Source: Cyanophora paradoxa CCMP329
Taxonomy: Eukaryota; Plantae; Glaucophyta
Assembly (NCBI GenBank): GCA_004431415.1
Contig: QPMI01000709.1
Coordinates: forward strand, 1-64,000
DNA length: 64,000 nt
Direction of reading: 5' to 3'
Of the stretch, positions 1 through 8,359 are shown one piece after another (the first letter of the stretch is position 1; each line of letters starts with the position of its first letter). A program made the translations under genes and the position numbers. Below the pieces are notes generated by a model. That model was not told the DNA's origin. It saw only the letters and a list, made by a program, of their open reading frames with translations, and did not search any database.

Positions 1-589
1 AGGTAACCCTTGTTAGCTTCCTTAAACCACACAGTGATAACGGCTTCGCCCGAGAGAGCGCCAAGAGGTAGGTAATGGTTCAACCACGGCACCGGAATTT
101 CAACGAAGAAAGCACCACCTTTACGGTTGGTTCCGTGAGCGGGAATTCCATGGAGCATTCCCATTGAACGCTTCTTTTTCGCCAGCTGATCCTCAGAATA
201 GTAGACCAGTGGGAAAATCGCAAGAAAATCGCTTGGGACGTGGTAAGTATACGAGCCATACGAGAATTCAAGACGCTCTACAAGCGCACCAACGGGACGG
301 GTGTAACCATTTCGCACAAGGTCGTCATCACCAGTAAAAGCGGTTAGTTCGGGAAGATCAAAAGCGAGTTCGATTTTACCAACAAAGTTGTAGCGGGGAA
401 GTTTGAAAGAAACGCGTTGACCAACGTTGTTGTCATAGGTTGTCGAGGGACTAACGGTTACCAGAACGGGTTTCGTCTTCGATTCGAGACCAAGCATAAG
501 CGAGTTATCGAGGAAGAACGCTTTGGCTTCCTCGGCGTTGTTAGCGCCTCTTTCAGAGAAAGACGTTGAAGGGTCGAGGTAACATCCAT
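1..589 (-). CDS. Double-jelly-roll major capsid protein, NCLDV-like, N-terminal part; runs off the left edge; apparent frameshift near 548-552
   Basis: Manual translation of the minus frame open to position 1: ANNAEEAKAFFLDNSLMLGLESKTKPVLVTVSPSTTYDNNVGQRVSFKLPRYNFVGKIELAFDLPEL...GALVERLEFSYG...GGAFFVEIPVPWLNHYLPLGALSGEAVITVWFK. This follows the NCLDV MCP N-domain pattern (G..v.f.i.R....l...LP.L; YIPL.FW...LPL.AL...ev.I.v.F). The ATG at 589 (MDVTSTLQRLSLK) is out of frame with the body. Confidence 0.75.
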
Positions 590-692
590 TCTGTTTGCTT
601 TTACTATACAAAAATATAAAAATTCTGTGAATGATCCTTAATTTACGCGAATCCCGCAATATTTGGATAGAAGGGGTGGGTCTCTCTCATTC

Positions 693-1646
693 TCATTTTG
701 AAATACTCATAAATTGGATCACCGGCGGTTCATCACCATAACGGATTTCGAATGTCAGATGCACAGGTTGACCTTCGAAATCAATTAATTCATTTTGAGC
801 ATTCACTACATCTACCGAGAGTTGTGATAGTGACATCTTCTTATTATAGTATTTATACAGCGGATTTGCTTCCGTCGAATTGTAAACAACGTGTTCCGCA
901 AAGTCTTTATCTTGAACCGTGAGTTTATGGAAGTATCCAGTAAGGAGACCATCGGCACATTGGACGAGGTCACCCAGTTCTTTTACTCTCACAAAAAAGA
1001 CGTTATCTTTGCAGGTTTCAGTGGGGAATGTTGAGATAATACCGTTTACATTTGCACCTGTAAAAACGGAGCTTGTATCTGTTCCATAGGTCTGTGATTT
1101 AATAAACTTGTTTCCCCAGCGTCCAGCATCCAAACCCAAGATTCGAGCATGTCGTAGCGCTTTTTCGATTGCGGAAACAGAAGGATTTTTTGCATATGAG
1201 AAGCAAATATAGAACTCCACAGGAGCATAAAAGATTACTTTTTTTTGGGTTACATCCCAACCACAGCGAATTGCAGAAGGAGGCGAGAGATTCTCAAAAC
1301 GGTTATTGATTCGGGCAACGAGTTGCTGATGAGTATTGATTGGGGTTTTTAGACCTGCACCAGGTCTAATAGAACGCCAACTATCATATAGAATCTCAGG
1401 AGCATTTGCACCGGTGGATGTGGACTTTTGGCTGAAATTGATAATAAAGGCATCCTCTATTGTTGCATCCCCAGGTTCTGTTTCACCACTAATGAGCGGG
1501 ATGGAGTTATAGAATTCAGCGGAGACAAGGCGAACCGCTCTTACATTCTCATACGTCTTTGGGAGATCCGCAACAAACCGAGATGTTGGAGCATCCAGAT
1601 TAGGTAGCGTTTTGAAGGAAGACACTTCAACGTATTCCACAGGCAT
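693..1646 (-). CDS. Penton/minor capsid-like protein (single jelly roll)
   Basis: 317-aa intronless ORF. N-terminal 'VEVSS...SRFVADLPKTYENVRAVRLVSAEFYNS' and C-terminal 'LSQLSVDVVNAQNELIDFEGQPVHLTFEI' match the end motifs of NCLDV/PLV minor capsid proteins; adjacent to the MCP. Confidence 0.7.
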   Translation of the reverse strand: MPVEYVEVSSFKTLPNLDAPTSRFVADLPKTYENVRAVRLVSAEFYNSIPLISGETEPGDATIEDAFIINFSQKSTSTGANAPEILYDSWRSIRPGAGLKTPINTHQQLVARINNRFENLSPPSAIRCGWDVTQKKVIFYAPVEFYICFSYAKNPSVSAIEKALRHARILGLDAGRWGNKFIKSQTYGTDTSSVFTGANVNGIISTFPTETCKDNVFFVRVKELGDLVQCADGLLTGYFHKLTVQDKDFAEHVVYNSTEANPLYKYYNKKMSLSQLSVDVVNAQNELIDFEGQPVHLTFEIRYGDEPPVIQFMSISK

Positions 1647-1674
1647 CTTCTTTTATCTATAACCATATAATAAA

Positions 1675-2577
1675 ATGATTCGGCTTGTCAATGTCGATAG
1701 TAGAGATCGATTAGATGGACAAAACGAAAACGCTTACAAGGTCTCACTTACCACACCAATAACCAGACCGCGACAGTGTCGTATCTTGTATGCAGAGATT
1801 CCCAACAGCATTTATAATTCGATTCGAACCGATTATATTGTGGTTCGTTATAACATTGGTGGTTTCATCCTTAACCAGCAAGTATTTCCGTTACCGAGTG
1901 GTTATATCAACCAAGGACACTTTGGAGTTACTCAACCATATAATTACGGTTTAAACTACGAAGTTCTTGAAAATACATTCTTTAAGATATACTACAACCC
2001 GACAACATACAAGTTAGAATTTTATAGCAGCGTTCCATTTGAAATAGCAGCGTCAAACAATAGAATCGCCAAACTACTTGGTCTGAGTTCTGCATTATTG
2101 GTAAGCCAGCAACATAATTTAGAAGATAACAGGTCTGTATTTGCTCCTGAGAATTACTTATCCTATGCAGGAAGACCAATAACACCTGATCACCCACAAT
2201 GGGGAATAACGTTTGATGGTGCAGATCCGGTGCCGTTGCAACATAAAGCAACAAGTCCAAAGATGGCGGATATGAACGCTGAGCAATACTTGTATATGCA
2301 TATCAAGGAACTCTCTTCTTTTGCATCAAACCACAATATAGTCCCGAAATCGCAACCGCAGAACCAAGGCGCGATCTTGCGATTACAATTGAGTCAGGAC
2401 ATCGGGAAGTATGTTTACCATAGCGGAGAGCATGGTGAATACATAAAAATAACAGACAAAAACCTTGTTATTCGTGAATTAACAGTTGAATTTCGTGATT
2501 ATTTTGGTGATCTTGTAGATATGAATGGTATCGATAATTCGTTTCAGTTGGAGTTTGTAGCTATTGGAAACGATTAG
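1675..2577 (+). CDS. Second penton/minor capsid-like protein
   Basis: 300-aa ORF starting 'VNVDSRDR...NAYKVSL...CRILYAEIPNSIYN' and ending 'IRELTVEFRDYFGDLVDMNGIDNSFQLEF', the characteristic penton end motifs. Confidence 0.75.
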   Translation: MIRLVNVDSRDRLDGQNENAYKVSLTTPITRPRQCRILYAEIPNSIYNSIRTDYIVVRYNIGGFILNQQVFPLPSGYINQGHFGVTQPYNYGLNYEVLENTFFKIYYNPTTYKLEFYSSVPFEIAASNNRIAKLLGLSSALLVSQQHNLEDNRSVFAPENYLSYAGRPITPDHPQWGITFDGADPVPLQHKATSPKMADMNAEQYLYMHIKELSSFASNHNIVPKSQPQNQGAILRLQLSQDIGKYVYHSGEHGEYIKITDKNLVIRELTVEFRDYFGDLVDMNGIDNSFQLEFVAIGND

Positions 2578-3178
2578 CTATTGGGATATATGGTTTGAAG
2601 ATATCAGCGACAACACCATTCTGATCCTCTGTATACCATCTGTTGTTTTCGCGAACCCAACGAGCGCCATTTTGTTTAAGGTATTTACGTAGAGTCGCTC
2701 GGTTCACAATCTTCCATCCATGCTCTTCAAACTTAGCATGATAAGCACGAAGATCTCTTGGAATGTGGAAATAGTAACGTTCACGATGTTCTTCTTGTCC
2801 ATAGCATATCCCAATTGCATTAATTACGTCATCGTGAGTCTTTGTAGTGTTGAAAAGAAGATCATGAAAATTAACAACAACGATGAAATCAAGTTCAGCA
2901 TTACGCACTTCATTAAGATGGCTAAACTTACCATGATCATTATAATTCACATGATTATAGAAGAACCGATCATCGCGAGTTCTCGCACAAATCCGATCCG
3001 AATTTCTCCGAAAATAACCAAAACAAACCATTTGATCCATTCCAGGATAAGAGTATGTTCCAATCTTTCGATGCAAAACCTCAATAGTTTCAGCAAGATC
3101 AAGAATATCCTTCACACCAAATCGCATTTCAGCAATCGGAACCGAGAAGATCGGCTCACCTTCGAAGAGATACGCCAT
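2561..3178 (-). CDS. Viral hypothetical protein (205 aa)
   Basis: Intronless ORF of ordinary globular composition in the AT-rich viral block; overlaps the convergent penton stop by 17 bp; no family recognised. Confidence 0.6.
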   Translation of the reverse strand: MAYLFEGEPIFSVPIAEMRFGVKDILDLAETIEVLHRKIGTYSYPGMDQMVCFGYFRRNSDRICARTRDDRFFYNHVNYNDHGKFSHLNEVRNAELDFIVVVNFHDLLFNTTKTHDDVINAIGICYGQEEHRERYYFHIPRDLRAYHAKFEEHGWKIVNRATLRKYLKQNGARWVRENNRWYTEDQNGVVADIFKPYIPIANRFQ

Positions 3179-3433
3179 GACACTGAATTACGTCTGAGAA
3201 AATCTTTTACCCGGTTTACTCTATACTATCGCTTCTTCCTTAAATCATTTTGGGTTGCCCACGAGCATCATTTTTTGAAAGTAAGACCTCCGTAATATCT
3301 AAATTGATAGATGAGAGAATAACAGAGATCTTTTCAGGGTTGGAGAAAGCGGAGAAGCAGATAGCAGCGCGATTTCCGAGTTAATCACACTGAGATTTTG
3401 AAGAAATATAACATGTCTTATTGAATATCGTCA

Positions 3434-3710
3434 GGTGTAACAGGTGTAACAGGTAAATCCCAAACTTCGCTCCTAGGGAGGCCAAAAATCCAAAACTTTG
3501 GGATTTACCTGTTACACCCGTTACACCTTGGGATTCACCTGTTACATCTATCAAACAAAGCATTAATATATTCGATTCCTTACATTGATTATAGTGTCAT
3601 GTAACAGGTGTAACAGGTGTTTCCCAAACTTTCCTCATAGGAGATGAAAAATCCAAAACTTTGGGATTTACCTGTTACACCCGTTACACCTTGGGATTCA
3701 CCTGTTACAC
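3434..3710. repeat. Two ~165-bp units, each a long inverted repeat built from GGTGTAACA/TGTTACACC motifs
   Basis: Arms 3434-3464 (ggtgtaacaggtgtaacaggtaaatcccaaa) and 3497-3527 (tttgggatttacctgttacacccgttacacc): 31 bp, 1 mismatch. A second, slightly diverged unit lies at ~3599-3710. Confidence 0.9.
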
Positions 3711-3713
3711 ATT

Positions 3714-4082
3714 GATTATCGACTGTTTAATTGGACATGTTACACTTGAAACACAATTTTGATACAGTAAAAAACAGAATCCAATCTTATCGATTGTTTA
3801 ATTGGACATAATGCAACTCTGGGGTCATTTTTGATACAGTAGAAATTTAACAGGAATCTTATCGATTGTTTAATTGGACGTAATGCAACTCTGGGGTCAT
3901 TTTTGTTTCCCGAAATCTCATCGATTGTTTAATTGGACATAATGCAACTCTGGGTACATTTTTGTTTCCCGCAATCTCATCGATTGTTTAATTGGACGTA
4001 ATGCAACTCTGGGGTCATTTTTGTTTCCCGGAATCTCATCGATTGTTTAATTGGACGTAATGCAACTCTGTGTGAATTTTTG
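3714..4082. repeat. Tandem 59-bp repeat array (5 copies plus 1 degenerate)
   Basis: aatctYatcgattgtttaattggacRtaatgcaactctgg... starts at 3783, 3855, 3914, 3973 and 4032 (periods 72, 59, 59, 59); degenerate copy at ~3714. Confidence 0.92.
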
Positions 4083-4201
4083 CGTTTTACAATAGAATGG
4101 GCGGTGGACTACTTCATTCGTGATTATATCACAAAAATTATGTTCCTTCAATCGAGATTATATCGAATTTGCATATTAATCGCGTTTATTGCGTTAAAAT
4201 C

Positions 4202-4494
4202 ACACATAGAGAAACGCGGCGTTTAAACCGGAGGCAAGATCTAATTAAGATCCAGTTATATTATTCGGAAACTTATACAAATTCACGATTGATTTAAGTA
4301 AGACAAATCGAAATTAAGATAAATTTACCATAGAACATCAATAAATTATAAATGAAATACACAAAAATCAAAATATTTAATAATTTGATAGATTTCACAC
4401 AGATTATCGATTGATTGATATAAAATATACGAGAGATATTAACAAGATCAATTAAGATTAGCCGAGGGTTTAAACGCCGCGTTTCTCTATGTGT
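4202..4494. repeat. Fold-back: perfect 28-bp inverted repeat enclosing a ~237-bp A-rich imperfect palindrome; putative viral hairpin terminus
   Basis: 4202-4229 (acacatagagaaacgcggcgtttaaacc) is the exact reverse complement of 4467-4494. The interior halves also align as a mismatched inverted repeat. Composition changes abruptly at 4495. Confidence 0.75.
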
Positions 4495-6651
4495 CTAACT
4501 TCCACTTTCGGCGAGCTGCCAGCCCAGCTGACCCACGCTCAAGTGGATGTCATCTGCTCGGGTCTCAACACTGGGAAAACGCAGGCGCTCATCGACACAT
4601 ACCTGCGGCCGGCCCTAGAAAGCGACTGGCACGTGATTCTCGTAACCTGTCGTAGAGCTTTTAGCCGTGATTTGAAGCGACGTCTGGACGCCGCGAACCT
4701 GCCGGACAACGCCGTGTTGTACATGGACATTCAGAAGCCACCGAAACACTCGAAGGGGTCACACGGCGAGTACGGTTACCGCCATCCGAAGTGCAGGTGC
4801 GTTATCATCACGTTGGATTCTCTGCACAAAGTGCTTGAGGACTGGAAGGACCGGACACCTATCTTGGTGGTCCTCGATGAAATTTCGTCGCTCACGAAGC
4901 ATCTGACTTCGAGTGGGACTCTCGAGCCTGTTGGCCTTGACTTCGGCGTGCGATCACTCCCTCGCAACGAGCGCTGCGTGGGTCTCTGGAGGGGTGTGAT
5001 GCAAGCATCTCGCATTGTGGCTATGGATGGATTCGTGCGACCTGTTGACCTTGCGTACCTAGCAGAGTCTGCGCGAGAGAGGGGGGCGAGCCTTCGACTG
5101 CTCTACAACTCCAGGCGGACCTGCTCGTGGAAAATGCGTGTCACGGACAGCCCGGATCACGTGGAATCCGATTTGATGATCCAGTGCCGCCCTGGTCGTC
5201 ACCGCGCTTTGGTCATCACAGAGACGCCCGCAAAGGCAATGGAGATTGCAGAGAGCCTAGCAAGGCAAGCGCAGGAATCGGCACGCGATTGGGCTGACGA
5301 GTCTGCCTCACCCTTCGTGATTGGCTTGATCGTCGGTCAGGCGAAGGAGAAGAGCTGTCGCTTCATCAAGGAGGGGCCCGTTCGCATCTCACCCGTCGAT
5401 CTATCGGAAGAGGGAGCGTATAAAGCTTGCGACGTGCTGATCGCTACATCTGCGCTCGGGGCAGGCGTTGATTTTCCCGAAGCGCACTTCGACAAAATTT
5501 ACGGCATCTTCCACGTGGAGCCCGCACAGCTGGAGTCCGAAGACATCGTGCAGCTGCTGTTTCGAGCGAGAGCTCTGCGTGAGCAGCTGCAGGGCGATCC
5601 GCCAGGGGGGGAGCACCTGCTCGTCGCCGTCCGCAAGAATCGTACGCCGCAAGTGCAGGTGCAGAAGGCAATCGGGCACTGGCACGAGAGTGACGGGAGC
5701 GACGATGCAGATGCGCAGCGCTTTCTGGATCTGAAAGCAATTCACCACGGCACTCGGCGAGCCGGCATGCCGACCCGCCGCCTTGCTGTCGCCGCTCGAC
5801 TTCGGCTCCTCTCTACCTGCCCGTGGATGAATGTGCTAATCACGGAGGACCAGGGACCGAATGCACCTGCACAAGAGCGGGCGAGGCAGAAGCGAGAGAT
5901 CGAGAGCGTGCTGAACGCCGGTGTCCTCGGCCCAGCCGCGCTCAACGACCTCGTCCAAGAGTGGAGGAAATCCCGCGAATCTCTTGCGCAGCTCGAGTCC
6001 GATAAGTTGCTGTCGCTCACTCGGGCAGCTGTCGCTGCATTTCTCGTTAAGAGTTCCGACGAGCTGACCGAGGATGACGTCTCTTGGATGTGGAGCACGA
6101 TGTACTCGATTCCGCTGAAGGCGACGATCCACCTGGTGCTGAAATACGACATGCCCCTTGAAGAGATCGTGCCTTCGACGGAGCGCCTAAAGGTTTCTAA
6201 GATCGTGTCGCTTTTCAAGAAATTGTTTGGTTGGAAGGGGTACGGCAAGCTGGTGGGGCGCGTCCTCTGGTCGAAGGAGGCCTACGAGGCGCTCGCCTCC
6301 GCAGACGGTCGGGAGGCCTATGCGGCACTGCAGAGTTTGGATGAGCGTTGCCCTCGCTTGGATGCTACGGCCGAACAGCAAAAGAAGCTCTCGCAGCAGT
6401 GCTGGCAAGTGATCAAGTACCTGCTCGAAAAGTACATGGGAGTGAGGCGCGTTTTCAGCGAAGAGGACGGCGGGCAGCTGGGACATCGCAAGCGCAGATA
6501 CGTCACGTGGAAGGAGGACATATTTGAGGATGCAGTCGAGCGGCAGGCGCAGCAGGGTGCTGCATTCGCGGCGCTAGGCGCAGCCCCGAGTATTTCGGAG
6601 GTGTACACCGTCTTTCGCGATTGCTACTCGTTGGTTCACAGGCGTATCTAG
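4489..6651 (+). CDS. UL9-like replication origin-binding protein (SF2 helicase), probably 5'-truncated
   Basis: Motifs SGLNTGKT (I), VILVTCRRAFS (Ia), ITLDSLHKV, VVLDEISS (II), IVAMDG (III), VLIATSALGAGVDF...HFD (V) and IVQLLFRAR (VI) in the herpes UL9/giant-virus OBP order. The ATG at 4489 lies inside the inverted-repeat arm of the neighbouring element. Confidence 0.85.
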   Translation: MCLTSTFGELPAQLTHAQVDVICSGLNTGKTQALIDTYLRPALESDWHVILVTCRRAFSRDLKRRLDAANLPDNAVLYMDIQKPPKHSKGSHGEYGYRHPKCRCVIITLDSLHKVLEDWKDRTPILVVLDEISSLTKHLTSSGTLEPVGLDFGVRSLPRNERCVGLWRGVMQASRIVAMDGFVRPVDLAYLAESARERGASLRLLYNSRRTCSWKMRVTDSPDHVESDLMIQCRPGRHRALVITETPAKAMEIAESLARQAQESARDWADESASPFVIGLIVGQAKEKSCRFIKEGPVRISPVDLSEEGAYKACDVLIATSALGAGVDFPEAHFDKIYGIFHVEPAQLESEDIVQLLFRARALREQLQGDPPGGEHLLVAVRKNRTPQVQVQKAIGHWHESDGSDDADAQRFLDLKAIHHGTRRAGMPTRRLAVAARLRLLSTCPWMNVLITEDQGPNAPAQERARQKREIESVLNAGVLGPAALNDLVQEWRKSRESLAQLESDKLLSLTRAAVAAFLVKSSDELTEDDVSWMWSTMYSIPLKATIHLVLKYDMPLEEIVPSTERLKVSKIVSLFKKLFGWKGYGKLVGRVLWSKEAYEALASADGREAYAALQSLDERCPRLDATAEQQKKLSQQCWQVIKYLLEKYMGVRRVFSEEDGGQLGHRKRRYVTWKEDIFEDAVERQAQQGAAFAALGAAPSISEVYTVFRDCYSLVHRRI

Positions 6652-6758
6652 ATCTAGATCCGATCTTTGAGATGTCTGTCAAATTTACACGAGTCGTGCG
6701 CCCACTTGAGCTCAATCGATTTGCAATGTCGAGCATGCACAGATGGCGTTCCAAAATC

Positions 6759-7195
6759 AGTGTCCGGACCCTCCCTAGAATCATATAGATTATCGGAAAG
6801 GTCCGGACACTACCTAGTCCGACGAAGCGCTGTCCGGGGTCATTGGAATATTGGGGACGAAAGTCGTACGCCCAACAGATGTGTCCGGACCCTCCCTAGA
6901 ATCATATAGATTATCGGAAAGGTCCGGACACTACCTAGTCCGACGAAGCGCTGTCCGGGGTCATTGGAATATTGGGGACGAAAGTCGTACGCCCAACAGA
7001 TGTGTCCGGACCCTCCCTAGAATCATATAGATTATCGGAAAGGTCCGGACACTACCTAGTCCGACGAAGCGCTGTCCGGGGTCATTGGAATATTGGTATT
7101 TGTCTTACAAGGGCCTGGGACGAAAGTAGTCCACCTAAGAGATGTGTCCGGACCCTCCCAATAATCATATAGAGTATTGGAAAGGTCCGGACACT
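6759..7195. repeat. Tandem 121-bp array containing four ~51-bp hairpins
   Basis: GTGTCCGGACC...GGTCCGGACAC hairpins start at 6760, 6881, 7002 and 7144, each with an ATATA loop. The last overlaps the YqaJ stop codon. Confidence 0.92.
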
Positions 7196-7850
7196 AGAGG
7201 AGGGCGTACGACTTAAACTCGCGCAGCGCTGCCTGCTCCTCGCTGAGGTTCTCTGACTTCATTCGATCGCTGTAGGGCTCGGGCGGAGTTCCAGCCTTGA
7301 CGTGCATCCAAAATAGATGTAAGCACTTCCTCATGAGCTGAATGTACCTCTCGTCCCGTCTGACGTACCACGTTTGCACGCGCAGAGGAGTGAAGCAAAA
7401 AAGTTCGGCCCACTCGCGGCCCGTTATGTCTAAAAGTCCTTGCAGCTGCGTCATGTAATAGGTAGGAACCTTGTCGTAAAGTTCTTGTTTGTAGGGCGCC
7501 TTTATTTCGAGGATGCGATCGTTTCCGATTAACCCGTCCGGGCTCCCCGCCAGGAAGGGAAGTTCTTTATGTTCGTGCAATCCAGTTTGTTTCACGTCCA
7601 CGTTATTGTTCAACGTTTTGTAGAGAGAGACCGCGAAGGGCTCATAATCATGCCCATAGGTTAGGGCAGGGTTGTCAAAGTTGTTTTCCTCCGCTATCCC
7701 GCTTAGCTCCGCCCACAGGCGGGCCCTGGATTTCCAGGGGTTTATGCCGCACGCAGCCGCAAAATTAGATGCAGTTAGTTTTTCACGGCGCCCCGCGTGC
7801 CACGCCGCGCTCCCCTGTTGCAAAGTCTCGCAATCTGTATCGGTATGCAT
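7194..7850 (-). CDS. YqaJ / lambda-type alkaline exonuclease (viral recombinase-associated nuclease)
   Basis: QQGSAAWHAGRREKLTAS, GHDYEP, FLAGSPDGLI, ILEIKAPY and YMTQLQG are the YqaJ family motifs. Confidence 0.92.
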   Translation of the reverse strand: MHTDTDCETLQQGSAAWHAGRREKLTASNFAAACGINPWKSRARLWAELSGIAEENNFDNPALTYGHDYEPFAVSLYKTLNNNVDVKQTGLHEHKELPFLAGSPDGLIGNDRILEIKAPYKQELYDKVPTYYMTQLQGLLDITGREWAELFCFTPLRVQTWYVRRDERYIQLMRKCLHLFWMHVKAGTPPEPYSDRMKSENLSEEQAALREFKSYALL

Positions 7851-8359
7851 AGCTTAGCCTCGCAGTAGCGTTTAGAATTTCTTGATGTGTGCAATTACAA
7901 ATGTCTGATGCACAGGCAGAGCCCAAGGATGTGATCGCGGAGTTCATAGATCAGGTCAAGGACCTTAGACGCTGGGTGGTTGAGCGGGCCTCGCGACCGA
8001 ATCAACAGCGCCAAACTTTGCGAGTGCTAGATCTGGCCCAGGCAGGGTGGCTCGATTCACATCACAACGCTGGCGGTGCCCATTACTTTCGGAGCCACGA
8101 CGAGGGCAGGATTATCGATGAGTTCAAGCGCATTTGGTTCGCCCTGGGCTCCAAGCTCAGCTTTCTCTCGACCCTCCCGGACCACATTCGAATGCAAATC
8201 CTCCAGTGGTACGCGAAGGCAAGGGACTCGGAACGGGACGACGTAAATAGGCGCGACCTCTCGCGCCTGCGCTCGGCCGTGACGAAGTACGTCACGAGCT
8301 ATGACTATTATAACGCCAGAGATCCCAACTACGACGTCGAGCCGATTCCAGCACATCTG

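Larger units (their letters stand above)
1..4494. mobile_element. Terminal portion of an endogenous dsDNA virus (capsid module, terminal repeats, hairpin)
   Basis: AT-rich and intronless, with MCP plus two pentons, repeat arrays and a fold-back ending at a sharp junction. Confidence 0.75.

Noticed and set aside
2720-3295. 191-aa plus-strand ORF
   Set aside because: Antisense shadow of 2561-3178 with biased Ile/Lys/Asn composition.
6815-6870. Hammerhead ribozyme in the 121-bp repeat (CCGACGA...GTCC...GGACGAAA)
   Set aside because: The core is CCGACGA rather than CUGANGA, six extra bases separate it from the putative stem II, and no convincing stems I/III were found.
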